The notes under the pieces are model-generated. The model saw nothing but the letters and a program-made list of their open reading frames with translations. It searched no databases and was not told the origin of the DNA. Made by a program: the position numbers and the translations under genes. Source: Planctomycetota bacterium (lineage in GTDB: Bacteria; Planctomycetota; Phycisphaerae; SM23-33). From it: a stretch of DNA of 64,000 nt. Position 1 is the stretch's first letter, and each line of letters starts with the position of its first letter. The stretch is from contig JAJRYB010000019.1 of NCBI GenBank assembly GCA_024275995.1, forward strand, positions 2,728-66,727, read 5' to 3'. Shown in pieces: positions 19,496 to 29,497 of the stretch.

Positions 19496-20317
19496 ATGAC
19501 CTCTTCAACATGCAGGATAGGGACAGTTGAATTCGGCTCGTCGGAACTCGCGCTGATCGCGGGTCCGTGCATGGCCGAGGGTCTCGAAATGTGCCTGGAC
19601 ATCGCGCAATACATGAAAGACCTCTGCGAGCGTCTGGGAATCTCATACGTATTCAAGGCGAGTTTCGACAAGGCGAATCGATCCGACGGTAAGAGCTATC
19701 GCGGGCCCGGTATAGAAACGGGGCTCGACTGGCTGGCGACGGTGCGACGGAAAGTCGGCGTTCCCGTAGTTTCAGACATCCACGAACCGTCCCAGGCTTT
19801 TGCCGCGGGTGAAGTTCTGGACTGCCTCCAGATACCGGCGTTCCTCTGCCGGCAAACGGACCTGCTGATTGCCGCGGCGAAAACCGGAATGTGCGTCAAC
19901 ATCAAGAAGGGGCAGTTCATGTCCCCTCACGAAATGGAACACGCCGTCAACAAGGTCCGCCAGACGGGTAATGACAACGTCATGCTCACCGAACGCGGAA
20001 CGTTCTTCGGATACAACCGACTCGTGACGGACCTCCGCGCGATACCGCAAATGCAGCTCTTCGCGCCCGTGGTGTTCGACGCCACACATTCCGTCCAGGA
20101 GCCTGGCGGACTTGGCGGCGCTTCCGGCGGACGCCGCGAGTACGTCCCGCTGCTGGCCGGAGCGGCGATAGCCGCCGGCGCCGACGGACTGTTCATCGAA
20201 ACGCATCGGGACCCTTCCAGCGCACGATCCGACGCCGCCAGCCAGATCCCGCTCGACGAAATGGAGTCCGTCCTCAAGCGGTGCGTCGCCATCCGCAACG
20301 CAATCAGTAAGAAATGA
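19496..20317 (+). CDS. kdsA: 3-deoxy-8-phosphooctulonate (KDO8P) synthase
   Basis: IAGPC, FKASFDKANRS, QIPAFLCRQTDL and FDATHSVQ.PGG. Confidence 0.97.
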   Translation: MTSSTCRIGTVEFGSSELALIAGPCMAEGLEMCLDIAQYMKDLCERLGISYVFKASFDKANRSDGKSYRGPGIETGLDWLATVRRKVGVPVVSDIHEPSQAFAAGEVLDCLQIPAFLCRQTDLLIAAAKTGMCVNIKKGQFMSPHEMEHAVNKVRQTGNDNVMLTERGTFFGYNRLVTDLRAIPQMQLFAPVVFDATHSVQEPGGLGGASGGRREYVPLLAGAAIAAGADGLFIETHRDPSSARSDAASQIPLDEMESVLKRCVAIRNAISKK

Positions 20318-21489
20318 CCCGCGATCAACCGATGCTCTCCTTCGAAGTCATCCATTCCGACGGGAACGCCCGCACCGCCAGGCTGCTCACGCCGCATGGA
20401 CAGGTGAACACTCCTGCCTTCATGCCCGTGGGAACCGCCGGCAGCGTTAAGGGCGTCGCGCCGGACCGCCTGCGCGAGAGCGGCGCCCAGATGATCCTCG
20501 GCAATACATATCACCTCATGCTGCGTCCCGGTGCAGCCGTCGTCGAGCAGTTGGGCGGGCTGCACGCGATGATGGCGTGGGAGAAACCGATACTCACCGA
20601 CAGCGGCGGCTACCAGGTTTTCTCGCTGTCGCATCGCCGGACGATCGACGAGGACGGCGTCGTGTTCCGTTCGCACATCGACGGGGCCCGGGTCAGACTG
20701 ACCCCCGAAAGCTGCATGTCGATCCAGCGATCGTTGGGCGCGGACGTAATAATGCAACTGGACGAGTGCCCGCCCGGTTGCGCCGACCGCCGGGAAGTCC
20801 AGGCCGCCGTCCGCCGCAGCGCCGAATGGGCAAGGCGATGCAAGCAGGCATGGATCGACGCCGGATGCCTGTCGGCCGGGGGAAACTACCAGGCGCTGTT
20901 CGGTATCCAGCAGGGCGGCTCGTCGGTCGATCTTCGCGGCGAATCGTCCAGCCGGCTTGTCGAGTTGGACCTGCCCGGATACGCGATCGGCGGGCTTAGC
21001 GTCGGCGAAGGTCACGAGGCGATGTGCGACGTGCTAGCCGCTACGTCCGACCAACTGCCCGCGGACCGTCCACGCTACCTCATGGGCGTCGGCGAACCGC
21101 GCGACATGCTCGCCGCCGTCGCTTGCGGAGTGGACATGTTCGATTGTGTCCTTCCGACGCGAAATGGGCGCAACGCACAGGCGTTCACCTGGCAAGGCCG
21201 CCTCCGGCTCCGTAACGCGCGATGGATTTCCGATAGAAGCCCCATCGACGAGGGGTGTGACTGCTACGCCTGTCGAAACTTTTCCAGAGGAACGATGCGC
21301 CATCTTTTCCTTGCCGGGGAAATGCTCGCTCCCACGCTGGTGAGCGTCCATAACCTTCATTTTTTCTCGCAATTCATGTCGGAAATCCGAAATGCGATCT
21401 CGCGGGGCGAGCTTGCCAAACGCAGCCGGGCCTGGCAAGACGCCCTGTACGCCCGGAACGACTGCGAGAACGCCGATGATTGCGATTGA
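20314..21489 (+). CDS. tgt: Queuine tRNA-ribosyltransferase
   Basis: TPAFMPVGT, LTDSGGYQVFSL, GGLSVGE, DMFDCVLPTRN and the Zn site CDCYAC. Confidence 0.97.
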   Translation: MTRDQPMLSFEVIHSDGNARTARLLTPHGQVNTPAFMPVGTAGSVKGVAPDRLRESGAQMILGNTYHLMLRPGAAVVEQLGGLHAMMAWEKPILTDSGGYQVFSLSHRRTIDEDGVVFRSHIDGARVRLTPESCMSIQRSLGADVIMQLDECPPGCADRREVQAAVRRSAEWARRCKQAWIDAGCLSAGGNYQALFGIQQGGSSVDLRGESSSRLVELDLPGYAIGGLSVGEGHEAMCDVLAATSDQLPADRPRYLMGVGEPRDMLAAVACGVDMFDCVLPTRNGRNAQAFTWQGRLRLRNARWISDRSPIDEGCDCYACRNFSRGTMRHLFLAGEMLAPTLVSVHNLHFFSQFMSEIRNAISRGELAKRSRAWQDALYARNDCENADDCD

Positions 21490-21567
21490 CCCGACCGGCG
21501 AAATCACGCATAATTCCCGGCCCTGAACAGACCCAACCAACACAACGAAAGAGAAAGGAACACCGAT

Positions 21568-22086
21568 ATGCGTAAGTCGATACTGATCAGCCTGACACTG
21601 ATTGCGATCATGGGTATTTCTTCCGCAGCCGTTGCCGACGGCGAAGACGCCGGCGACGGTCTTCGCCCCACTACGCCGCGGGAAGGCGATCAGCCGGCAG
21701 CTACCGACACGCCCGAAGGCGACACGGATAAAGCAACGAACGAAGGCGAAGGCGACGGCCCCCAAAAACCGGGTGGTGGCGGCGGACTCTTCGGCGGTGG
21801 GAACAGCATGATCTTCATCATGCTCGGCGGGTTCGTGCTGCTGATGTTCCTCATGAGCCGCGGTAACAAGAAACGCGAAGCCAAGCGCCGTGCGCTGCTG
21901 AACAGTCTCAAGAAGGGCGACAAGGTCTCGACGATCGGCGGAATCGTGGGAACTGTCGTTGAACTGCGCGAAAACGAAGTTACGCTCAAGGTCGACGAGA
22001 ACAATAATATCCGCATGAAGTTCCTGCGCCGGGCGATCAGCAGTGTCGGAGGAGCCGGGGACCAGGTAGGCATGGATAACAAGTAG
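21568..22086 (+). CDS. yajC: Preprotein translocase subunit YajC with an N-terminal extension
   Basis: TM followed by LKKGDKVSTIGGIVGTV, located downstream of tgt. Confidence 0.9.
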   Translation: MRKSILISLTLIAIMGISSAAVADGEDAGDGLRPTTPREGDQPAATDTPEGDTDKATNEGEGDGPQKPGGGGGLFGGGNSMIFIMLGGFVLLMFLMSRGNKKREAKRRALLNSLKKGDKVSTIGGIVGTVVELRENEVTLKVDENNNIRMKFLRRAISSVGGAGDQVGMDNK

Positions 22087-22107
22087 GCGGCAAAAGGCAT
22101 CGGGCAA

Positions 22108-22142
22108 CCCCTCGACGGCGTCAGGGGCAAGCTCTTTCTTTC
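22108..22142 (+). terminator. Possible intrinsic terminator after yajC
   Basis: cccct-c-gac...gtc-agggg stem followed by ctctttcttt. Confidence 0.4.
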
Positions 22143-22175
22143 CCGAGCGCAGAAAACATCATTTATGGCAATCTA

Positions 22176-22330
22176 GAGCGTTTTAGAAAAGGTTGTCGTC
22201 ATGTGCGTCAGTGAGGACGAGGCTGGCAAGGAAGACGAAGCAGGCAACCCCGTAGGGTTTCCGATGCAGTCTGACGTAGCCGGCCGACGCCGCAACCAGA
22301 ACATGACGACAAGATTTTTGTAAAGTGCTC
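22176..22330. mobile_element. MITE-like element (155 bp) with about 29-bp terminal inverted repeats and TA on both sides
   Basis: Left end GAGCGTTTTAGAAAAGGTTGTCGTCATGT versus reverse complement of right end GAGCACTTTACAAAAATCTTGTCGTCATGT. TA at 22174-5 and 22331-2. Confidence 0.75.
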
Positions 22331-22360
22331 TAAGAAAGACATGGCGGAACCGCGGATTTC

Positions 22361-22384
22361 TCGGCCCCTGTTTGCAGGGGCCGG
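22361..22384. terminator. GC-rich hairpin between convergent yajC and leuB
   Basis: cggcccctg-tttg-caggggccg perfect 9-bp stem, with no clear U-tract. Confidence 0.4.
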
Positions 22385-22437
22385 GCTGTCCCGTCAATAC
22401 GTCATCTCTATCGTAAAATGCTGTAAACTCGCATTTT

Positions 22438-23538
22438 TCACTCCGCCGAGGCGACGGCCTGTGCAACAAGATCGCCGACTTCGGTGGTGCTGAAGCCCAT
22501 CTTTCGGGCGGCCTGGCTTTTCATCTTCGGGGTGGTTGCGACGATGGCAGCTTCCACCCGCTCGCCCGCCTCGACGAGTTTCGCATCGGACGTATTGTTT
22601 CCGGTCTCTCTTAACAGCATCGCAAGCGCGCCGATAGCGGCGATCGGATTAATCACGTTCAGGCCGGTATACTTCGGGGCGGACCCGCCGATCGGTTCGA
22701 ACATGCTCACGCCGGAAGGGTTGATATTTCCCCCCGCCGCGACGCCCATACCGCCCTGGATCATGGCGCCGAGGTCGGTGATGATGTCCCCGAACATGTT
22801 GCACACGACGATCGTGTCGTAGTATTCCGGATTCTTGACGAACCACATGCAGCAGGCGTCTACGTGGTTGTAATCCTTCTCGATATCCGGGTATTCCCCG
22901 CCGACCTCGTTGAACGCGCGCCACCACAGGTCGTGGGCGAAGGTCAGGACGTTCGTCTTGGCGACCAGTGTAAGGCGTTTCTTGTCGTTGCGGCGTCTGC
23001 ACAGCTCGAAGGCGTAGCGAATCGCGCGTTCCACGCCGGCGCGTGTGTTACACATTACCTGCGTGGCTACCTCGTTGGGCGTGTCCTTGTACTGTATGCC
23101 GCCCATCCCGGTATAAAGCCCCTCGGTGTTTTCGCGGATCACGACGAAGTCGATGTCATCCGGACCTTTGTCCTTCAGGGGGGTATAGACGTTCGGATAC
23201 AGTTTCACCGGACGCAGGTTTACGTACTGGTCCAGTTCGAAACGCAGCTTCAGCAGCAGCCCCTTTTCGAGGATGCCCGGCGCAACGTCGGGGTGTCCTA
23301 CCGCGCCGAGGTAGATCGCGTCGAACGTCTTGAGCCGGGCGATTTCCTCGTCGCTGATGATGGGAATCGACGCTGCCCGCGGATCGCCCCCTGCCTGGAG
23401 GTAGCGATCGCCGCTGACGTTGAAATCCGTCGTCGTATATTCGAAGCCGACCTTTTCCGAGACGGCCTGGAGAACCTTCAATCCCTCGGCGACAACTTCC
23501 GGTCCCGTTCCGTCGCCACCGATAACCGCGATATTCAT
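22438..23538 (-). CDS. leuB: 3-isopropylmalate dehydrogenase
   Basis: [33 protein letters not shown] and FEPIGGSAP. Confidence 0.88.
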   Translation of the reverse strand: MNIAVIGGDGTGPEVVAEGLKVLQAVSEKVGFEYTTTDFNVSGDRYLQAGGDPRAASIPIISDEEIARLKTFDAIYLGAVGHPDVAPGILEKGLLLKLRFELDQYVNLRPVKLYPNVYTPLKDKGPDDIDFVVIRENTEGLYTGMGGIQYKDTPNEVATQVMCNTRAGVERAIRYAFELCRRRNDKKRLTLVAKTNVLTFAHDLWWRAFNEVGGEYPDIEKDYNHVDACCMWFVKNPEYYDTIVVCNMFGDIITDLGAMIQGGMGVAAGGNINPSGVSMFEPIGGSAPKYTGLNVINPIAAIGALAMLLRETGNNTSDAKLVEAGERVEAAIVATTPKMKSQAARKMGFSTTEVGDLVAQAVASAE

Positions 23539-23772
23539 TCCTTTTTCCTTTCGCTAGCGGCCTTGGGCAGGCCTTGGGGTCCACATGAGACAAGCGGGGT
23601 AGTTTACCGGCCGTCCGGTGCCGCAAGCAAGAGGCTTTCCGAACGGATTTGATGGGCAGGCGCCGGTGGAAACATTCGACTTTACGGCCCGCAGATTGCA
23701 ATCCGTGGGCTGTCATGCACACATGCCGCGTTTTTGTCGTGCTCCCGATCTGCGAAAAGACTGGGTTTTTGA

Positions 23773-23801
23773 TTGACGAACGGCGTCGATTTTTGTAATT
23801 T
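23773..23801 (+). promoter_or_regulatory. Putative sigma70 promoter of the nusA operon
   Basis: TTGACG-17 nt-TAATTT. Confidence 0.55.
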
Positions 23802-23807
23802 TTCATG

Positions 23808-24330
23808 ATTGCGAACGTTGCGTGCGTCTCATACCGCTTTGCGCCTGCCTGATCGACGCGGATTTGGAAGGTGTAGGTGGGGAATGTGCGCCGCAGGGTC
23901 AGAGGCTGTTACCGCGTGGTGACGGCTGAGTGAGTGGTTGGGTCTATCCCGATCGCGTCCGGGATCGTACGGGACGGGTCGGGAACATGGACGACGCATT
24001 CATGTGTATTGAACGACGGATGTATTCAGGCTGGGAGTCACGAGAGTGATCTCCCACCTGTCACGAGGCCGGGCCGGTGTTCGGGCATAAGCCCATGCCT
24101 GCTTCGCCGCCCGTCGGGCCCGCGGGAAGGGTCCGTGCGGGTAAGGTCTTCGGCGACGGATGGCGTGTCGCCCGACCGCCCTAGGCGCATCTGCGCCGCG
24201 GGGTGGTCTGCGGCGGGCGATTGCGCGATAAAAGCCGGGATCGGGTATGAAGTGGGCGAGGCGTCCACTTTTTTTGTTGGCGTCGCGGTTACGGGGTGGA
24301 CATCCGGATACGGCGAAAGAAGGACACGAT
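23808..24330 (+). ncRNA. Candidate long structured 5' leader of nusA
   Basis: No credible ORF. Hairpins at 23905-23926, 24027-24060 (GAGA tetraloop) and 24105-24175, several with G-U pairs. Confidence 0.45.
24250..24275 (+). terminator. Leader terminator/attenuator hairpin resembling the rimP-leader motif
   Basis: AAGTGGGCG-agg-CGTCCACTT followed by a T-run, about 55 nt before the nusA ATG. Confidence 0.7.
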
Positions 24331-25677
24331 ATGAATCAGGAACTGGTGCGAATCGTAGAGGCGCTTGCCCGCGACAAGAACATAGATCCGGAAACGGTCT
24401 TCGAGGATATCGAGGCGGCGATGCTTTCGGCGATCCGCAAGGCGAATGCGGACACCGAGAACGCCTTCGTGCGCATCGATCGCAAGACGGGCGATATTAC
24501 CGCCGGAGTCGATGGGAAAGAAATGTCCGTGCGCCAGCTCGGACGAATTGCCGCGCAGACCGCCAAGCAGGTCATGATCCAGCGAATCCGCGAGGCTGAG
24601 CGTGGAAGCATTTTCGAGGAGTACGTCGAGCGCAAGGGTCAGATCGTCACCGGAAAATGCGGGCGTTGGGAAGGCGGCGGGTTGACGGTCGACCTGGGGC
24701 GTGCCGAAGCGGTACTCCCGCGCAGCGAGCAGATCCCCGGCGAGTCGCACCTTCCGGACGAGCGAATCCGGGCGATGGTGCTGGACGTGCGCGAGCAGCC
24801 CAGCGCGGTCAAGATAATCCTCTCCAGGACGCACCCGGACTTCATCCGGGCGCTGTTCGAGCTGGAAGTTCCGGAAGTCGCGGAGAAAATCATCGAACTC
24901 AAGATACTGGCCCGCGAGGCTGGGTATCGAACGAAGGTCGCCGTAACGAGCCTGGATTCGAAGGTCGACGCCGTCGGCGCATGCGTCGGAATTCGTGGCA
25001 GTCGCATCCGAAATATTGTGGACGAACTGGGCGGCGAGAAGATCGACATCGTCCGGTGGCACGATTCCTCGAAGATTCTCATCGCCAACTCGCTGAAGCC
25101 CGCGGAGGTGTCCGAGATCGCGCTGTGCTTCGAGCTGGGACGCGCCACGGTCGTCGTGACGGACGATCAACTGTCCCTTGCGATCGGAAAGCGCGGGCAG
25201 AACGTCCGCCTGGCGGCGAGATTGACCGGGTGGGACATCGACATCCTGACCCCCGGCGAGTTCAACACCGGCCTGGACGCCCTCGAGAAGGCGATTCGCG
25301 AGGTAGAAGGCGTCGATTCGACGATCGTCGACCAGATGATAGCGATGGGCATGGTTAACCTGCTGGACGTGGAAGAGGTCGGTCCCGATCCGCTGGTCAA
25401 CGAGTTGGAGATGGACGCTGAGTTGGCGCGGACGATCGTTCTCAAGTGCAGCCAGGAGGCCAAGAAGTTCGCCGAGCGTCAGGCGGCGGAAAAGCTCGCC
25501 AAGGAAGCGGAGGCGAAAGCCGCCGCACAGGGCGAGTCCGTCGCCGACGAGGCGGCGGAAAAGCTCGCCAAGGAAGCGGAGGCGAAAGCTGCCGCGCAGG
25601 GCGAGCCCGTCGCCGATGAGGTAGTGGAAGCCGCGCCGACCGTGGAAGTAGAAGCAGAAGATAAACAGGATTCATAG
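24331..25677 (+). CDS. nusA: Transcription termination/antitermination factor NusA
   Basis: GRIAAQTAKQV, S1 domain, AREAGYRTKVAV, GACVGIRGSRI and LAIGKRGQNVRLAARLTGW. Confidence 0.97.
   Translation: MNQELVRIVEALARDKNIDPETVFEDIEAAMLSAIRKANADTENAFVRIDRKTGDITAGVDGKEMSVRQLGRIAAQTAKQVMIQRIREAERGSIFEEYVERKGQIVTGKCGRWEGGGLTVDLGRAEAVLPRSEQIPGESHLPDERIRAMVLDVREQPSAVKIILSRTHPDFIRALFELEVPEVAEKIIELKILAREAGYRTKVAVTSLDSKVDAVGACVGIRGSRIRNIVDELGGEKIDIVRWHDSSKILIANSLKPAEVSEIALCFELGRATVVVTDDQLSLAIGKRGQNVRLAARLTGWDIDILTPGEFNTGLDALEKAIREVEGVDSTIVDQMIAMGMVNLLDVEEVGPDPLVNELEMDAELARTIVLKCSQEAKKFAERQAAEKLAKEAEAKAAAQGESVADEAAEKLAKEAEAKAAAQGEPVADEVVEAAPTVEVEAEDKQDS
25481..25621 (+). repeat. 69-bp in-frame tandem duplication in the 3' end of nusA
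   Basis: AAEKLAKEAEAKAAAQGE(S/P)VADE twice, with DNA copies starting at 25481 and 25550. Confidence 0.92.
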
Positions 25678-25777
25678 AAGACCGGGCCGATTACAGGCCC
25701 GCAGGCTCGATGCGGATCGGCTGGGCGTACCGGCCGGGACGACCTGAGGGCCGTATTGCAGATGCCGGGAGAGTTCC

Positions 25778-28453
25778 TTGGCGAAGCGCATATTTGAATT
25801 AGCACGCGAGTTGGACGTCACGAGCAAGGTCGTTCTCACGAAATGCCGTGCCGAAGGCCTGGACATCAAGAACCACATGTCCACCCTCTCGGCCGGTCTG
25901 GAAGCGACGATATGCGAGTGGTTTTCGGACTCAGCCGACCAGCACACAGCCGTCGAGACATCGGAGCACGTAGACCTCGAGGAGGCTCGTGCGGCCGCGA
26001 AGAAGGCGCGTCGGCGCCGGAAGAAAAAGGACGAGCCTGCGGACATCGAGGTCAAGCCCGTCGATGAAAGCGAAGCTGCCCTCGCCGAAGCGCCCGCCGC
26101 GGAGGTGGACGCATCGCTGCAATCCGCGCCGGGGGTGGAAGTCGAATCGCCCGCGGAACAACCCGCCGAGCCTGCCGAGCTCGTTGCCGCCGGAACGGAC
26201 GAGACGCAGGTTCCGGAAGCCACGGAAGAACTCCCCCAGGTCGAGTCGGAAGAGGAGGCCGAACCTGAAGAGGAAGTCAAACCCGAAAACGTCAAGCCCG
26301 CCGGTCCGCAGGTGGTCCCCAAGCCCGCGATGATGAAAGGCCCGCGCGTGGTGCGCGTGGAAAAACCGGATTATGTGTCTCGCCCGCAGCGCCGCGAGGT
26401 AGCGATCCCGATCGGACAGGATCCGGGAACGTTTTCGTCCAAGACCACGCGGCGCGGAAAAAGTCTCCAGCAATCGCGCGACGAGGACGAATCCGATCGC
26501 AAGGGCACCAAGCGTCGCAGTCCGCGCAGGCGTGGCGGTCGTAGCGGTGACAGCGGTGGAAAGGCGCACAAATGGCGCGACGCCGACCTTGCGGAGCGTT
26601 CCGAGAGGCTCGCGGCCGCCTCCGGCGGTTCGCTGCGGCGACGGCGTGCTTCGGTACGCCGGGCGCCGGGCATGGGAGCGAACACAAAGTCCGGAAAGGT
26701 CGAGGTCAGCGCGCCTATCACCATCAAGAACCTTTCGTCCGCGACGGGTATCAAGGCGGCTGAATTCATCAAGAAACTCATGGCGCAGGGCACGATGGCG
26801 ACGGTCAACCAGGTGATCGATCGCGAGACCGCCGAGGCGCTTGTCCTGGATTACGAGATCGACCTTGTCATCACCGGCGCCGAGAGCAACGAGGACCAAC
26901 TGCTCGATCAGCTCGATTCGCGGGTCAAGGGTGAAATGACGCCTCGCGCCCCGGTAGTTACGTTCCTCGGACACGTGGACCACGGAAAAACGTCGCTGCT
27001 GGACAGTATACGCAACACGGAAGTAGCCGGCGGAGAAGCTGGTGGAATAACGCAGCACATCGGCGCGTATCGTTACGATAAGGACGACGTGCACGTGGTG
27101 TTCCTGGACACGCCCGGTCACGAGGCCTTCACAGCCATGCGCGCCCGCGGCGCCAACATGACCGACGTCGTGGTGCTCGTGGTGGCCGCGGACGACGGGG
27201 TAATGCCACAGACCATCGAAGCTATCAGCCACGCCAAGGCAGCGGAGGTTCCCATCGTCGTGGCGCTGAACAAGATCGACCTGTCGAACGCCAACATACA
27301 GCGTGCGATGGGACAGCTCGCCGAGCACGGACTCAATCCCCGCGAATGGGGAGGCGATGTCGAGGTCATCAAGACAAGCGCCGCCAGCGGCGAAGGCGTC
27401 CAGGAACTGCTCGAACTGTTAAGCCTGGAAGCGGAGCTTCTGGAGCTCAAGGCCGAGCAAGACGCACCGGCGACGGGGTTCGTTATCGAAGCGGAGATGG
27501 ACCCGTCGCGCGGCGTCGTGGCGCGCCTGCTGGTGCGCAACGGCACGCTGAAGATCGGTGATATTGTCCTGGCGGGCAAATCGCACGGGCGGATACGCCA
27601 GATGAAAGACAGTAAAGGCCACACCATCACCGAGGCGCCCCCGTCGACGCCGGTGGAGGTTTCAGGCCTGGACGAGGTCCCCGAAGCGGGCGATAAGTTC
27701 CACGTTCTGGAAAACCTGGAGCGGGCGCGTCGCGTGGTACAAGAGCGTCGTGACGCCGCACGCGCACAGACGCTTGCCAGCGCCCCCGCCGCCCTGACGC
27801 TGGAAGGCCTGCTCAGCCAGATCGAGGCGTCCGAGCGAACGGAGCTTCCGCTGATTATCAAGGCGGACGTTCAAGGCTCGCTGGAAGCGTTGAGAGGATC
27901 GCTGGAGAAACTCGGCTCCGACGAAGTCCGCGTTAAAATACTGCAGGCGAGCGTCGGAGGTATCACGGTCGGCGACGTTACGCTCGCCGAAGCGTCGGAT
28001 GCCATTATCGTCGGTTTCAACGTAGTCCCCGATGCCTCCGCGCGCCGGCAGGCGGAAGCTTCCGGCGTGGAGATTCGCCTCTACCGCGTGATCTACGACC
28101 TTACGGAAGACATTCGCAAGGCGCTGGAAGAAGGCCTGACGCCGGAGATTCGAGAGGAGACGCTTGGACGCGCCGAGGTGCGCCAGACGTTCAAGGTCTC
28201 CCGTGTCGGAACGATCGCCGGATGCTACGTCACGGACGGAACCATTACACGCAACGCGAAGTTGCGCGTTATCCGGGACAGCGTGGTGATCGCCGACGAG
28301 CGGACGCTGGAGAGTCTCAAGCGGTTCAAGGACGACGTTCGCGAAGTGCGAAACGACATGGAGTGCGGCCTGAAGATCGCGGGTTACGACGACGTGAAGG
28401 AAGGCGACCAGCTCGAATTCTACCACCAGGTCGAAATAGCGCGCCGGTTGTAG
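25778..28453 (+). CDS. infB: Translation initiation factor IF-2
   Basis: [36 protein letters not shown] and [12 protein letters not shown] start. Confidence 0.98.
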   Translation: MAKRIFELARELDVTSKVVLTKCRAEGLDIKNHMSTLSAGLEATICEWFSDSADQHTAVETSEHVDLEEARAAAKKARRRRKKKDEPADIEVKPVDESEAALAEAPAAEVDASLQSAPGVEVESPAEQPAEPAELVAAGTDETQVPEATEELPQVESEEEAEPEEEVKPENVKPAGPQVVPKPAMMKGPRVVRVEKPDYVSRPQRREVAIPIGQDPGTFSSKTTRRGKSLQQSRDEDESDRKGTKRRSPRRRGGRSGDSGGKAHKWRDADLAERSERLAAASGGSLRRRRASVRRAPGMGANTKSGKVEVSAPITIKNLSSATGIKAAEFIKKLMAQGTMATVNQVIDRETAEALVLDYEIDLVITGAESNEDQLLDQLDSRVKGEMTPRAPVVTFLGHVDHGKTSLLDSIRNTEVAGGEAGGITQHIGAYRYDKDDVHVVFLDTPGHEAFTAMRARGANMTDVVVLVVAADDGVMPQTIEAISHAKAAEVPIVVALNKIDLSNANIQRAMGQLAEHGLNPREWGGDVEVIKTSAASGEGVQELLELLSLEAELLELKAEQDAPATGFVIEAEMDPSRGVVARLLVRNGTLKIGDIVLAGKSHGRIRQMKDSKGHTITEAPPSTPVEVSGLDEVPEAGDKFHVLENLERARRVVQERRDAARAQTLASAPAALTLEGLLSQIEASERTELPLIIKADVQGSLEALRGSLEKLGSDEVRVKILQASVGGITVGDVTLAEASDAIIVGFNVVPDASARRQAEASGVEIRLYRVIYDLTEDIRKALEEGLTPEIREETLGRAEVRQTFKVSRVGTIAGCYVTDGTITRNAKLRVIRDSVVIADERTLESLKRFKDDVREVRNDMECGLKIAGYDDVKEGDQLEFYHQVEIARRL

Positions 28454-28475
28454 CAGTACCAGGGAGACCCCCGCC

Positions 28476-28763
28476 ATGGCGACGATCGTTGGACTGGTGC
28501 ATCTGAGGCTTTACGTGGCGCAGGCATCGAGCCTGAAGGACAAGCGGCGCGTCCTGAAAAGCTTCAAGGATCGCACGAGCAACCGGAACAACGTATCGAT
28601 CGCCGAAGTAGGCGAGCAGGATTCCCTCCGACGGTCGGTATTGGCGCTGACGATGGTCGGAAGCGACAGGAGATACGTCGAGGGCGCCTTGCAGAAAATT
28701 GTCAATACCGCCGCGGCGCACCGGGACATGGTCCTCGTGGAACACGAGATCGCCTGGTTGTAA
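28476..28763 (+). CDS. DUF503 (YlxP-like) protein
   Basis: SLKDKRRVLKS and NVSIAEV, located between infB and rbfA. Confidence 0.9.
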   Translation: MATIVGLVHLRLYVAQASSLKDKRRVLKSFKDRTSNRNNVSIAEVGEQDSLRRSVLALTMVGSDRRYVEGALQKIVNTAAAHRDMVLVEHEIAWL

Positions 28764-28784
28764 TGCGATATAGAGAAACGCAGG

Positions 28785-29207
28785 ATGAACCGCAGAACCG
28801 AACGAATCGGCAGCCTGATCCGACAGATCATCGGAGAGATGCTGCTATCGAAATTTTCCGATCCCCGCGTCGATCCGGCGCTGACGAGCGTAACGAGCGT
28901 AGAAATCGCCGAGGATTTGCTGACGGCACGGGTGTATGTTTCGATTTTAGACACGCCCCCCCGCCAACGCAGCGCCATCCGGGCGCTGAAAGGCGCGCGC
29001 GGATTCTTCCAGAAACGCCTGGGCCAACAGATGCGGCTGCGCCATACGCCGACGCTGGAATTCGAACTGGACACGAAACTGAAGAAGACGCTGGAGACGC
29101 TGCAACTGATCCAGCAGGCGACGGACGAGATCCGGCAGAAGGAGCAACAGGCTCCGAGTTGCCCCCAGGCCGTCGAAGACGCACCGACAAGTCCTCCCGA
29201 GCGTTGA
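28785..29207 (+). CDS. rbfA: Ribosome-binding factor A
   Basis: R.ERI, DPR, V...DL..ARVYVS and LRHTPTLEFELD. Confidence 0.95.
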   Translation: MNRRTERIGSLIRQIIGEMLLSKFSDPRVDPALTSVTSVEIAEDLLTARVYVSILDTPPRQRSAIRALKGARGFFQKRLGQQMRLRHTPTLEFELDTKLKKTLETLQLIQQATDEIRQKEQQAPSCPQAVEDAPTSPPER

Positions 29208-29223
29208 AAGGGAAATCGTCTTA

Positions 29224-29494
29224 GAGTCCCTAACAAAATGACCCGTGGCCGCGACGCGAGGAATTTTGTTCGCAGCCAAGGAACGAGGAGAATACGATGC
29301 CGTTTGCATCATTGACGACGAGTGACACAGGATGCGGGCAAAAGACCCGCGTCCCTTTGGGTTGCGGCGAAAATCGGCGTCTGCGTCGTCAGGACTCCTG
29401 GCAATACCGTAACGAGGTATGGCGTCGTCGCCCTTCCTCGCAGCCATCCGATTCTCGCCGCAACGCGACTCACGCGGCATTCTGTTAGGGACTC
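29224..29494. mobile_element. MITE-like element (271 bp) with 17-18-bp terminal inverted repeats
   Basis: (A)GAGTCCCTAACAAAATG ... CATTCTGTTAGGGACTC(T), one mismatch. Flanked by TA on the left and TC on the right. Two internal hairpin modules in opposite orientation. Confidence 0.75.
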
Positions 29495-29497
29495 TCA

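Noticed and set aside
23808..24330. Possible RNase P RNA, tmRNA, SRP RNA or a known riboswitch
   Set aside because: The hallmark sequences (GAGGAAAGUCC, tRNA-like ends with a tag ORF, the SRP GGAA loop motif) were not found by eye. Kept only as an unknown leader.
23934..24599. 221-aa ORF upstream of and overlapping nusA, considered as a possible rimP
   Set aside because: No RimP motifs (such as LEVSSPG), low-quality composition, and it overlaps nusA out of frame.
28763..29224. Alternative 153-aa ORF overlapping rbfA
   Set aside because: The frame 28785-29207 carries the RbfA motifs and this one has none.
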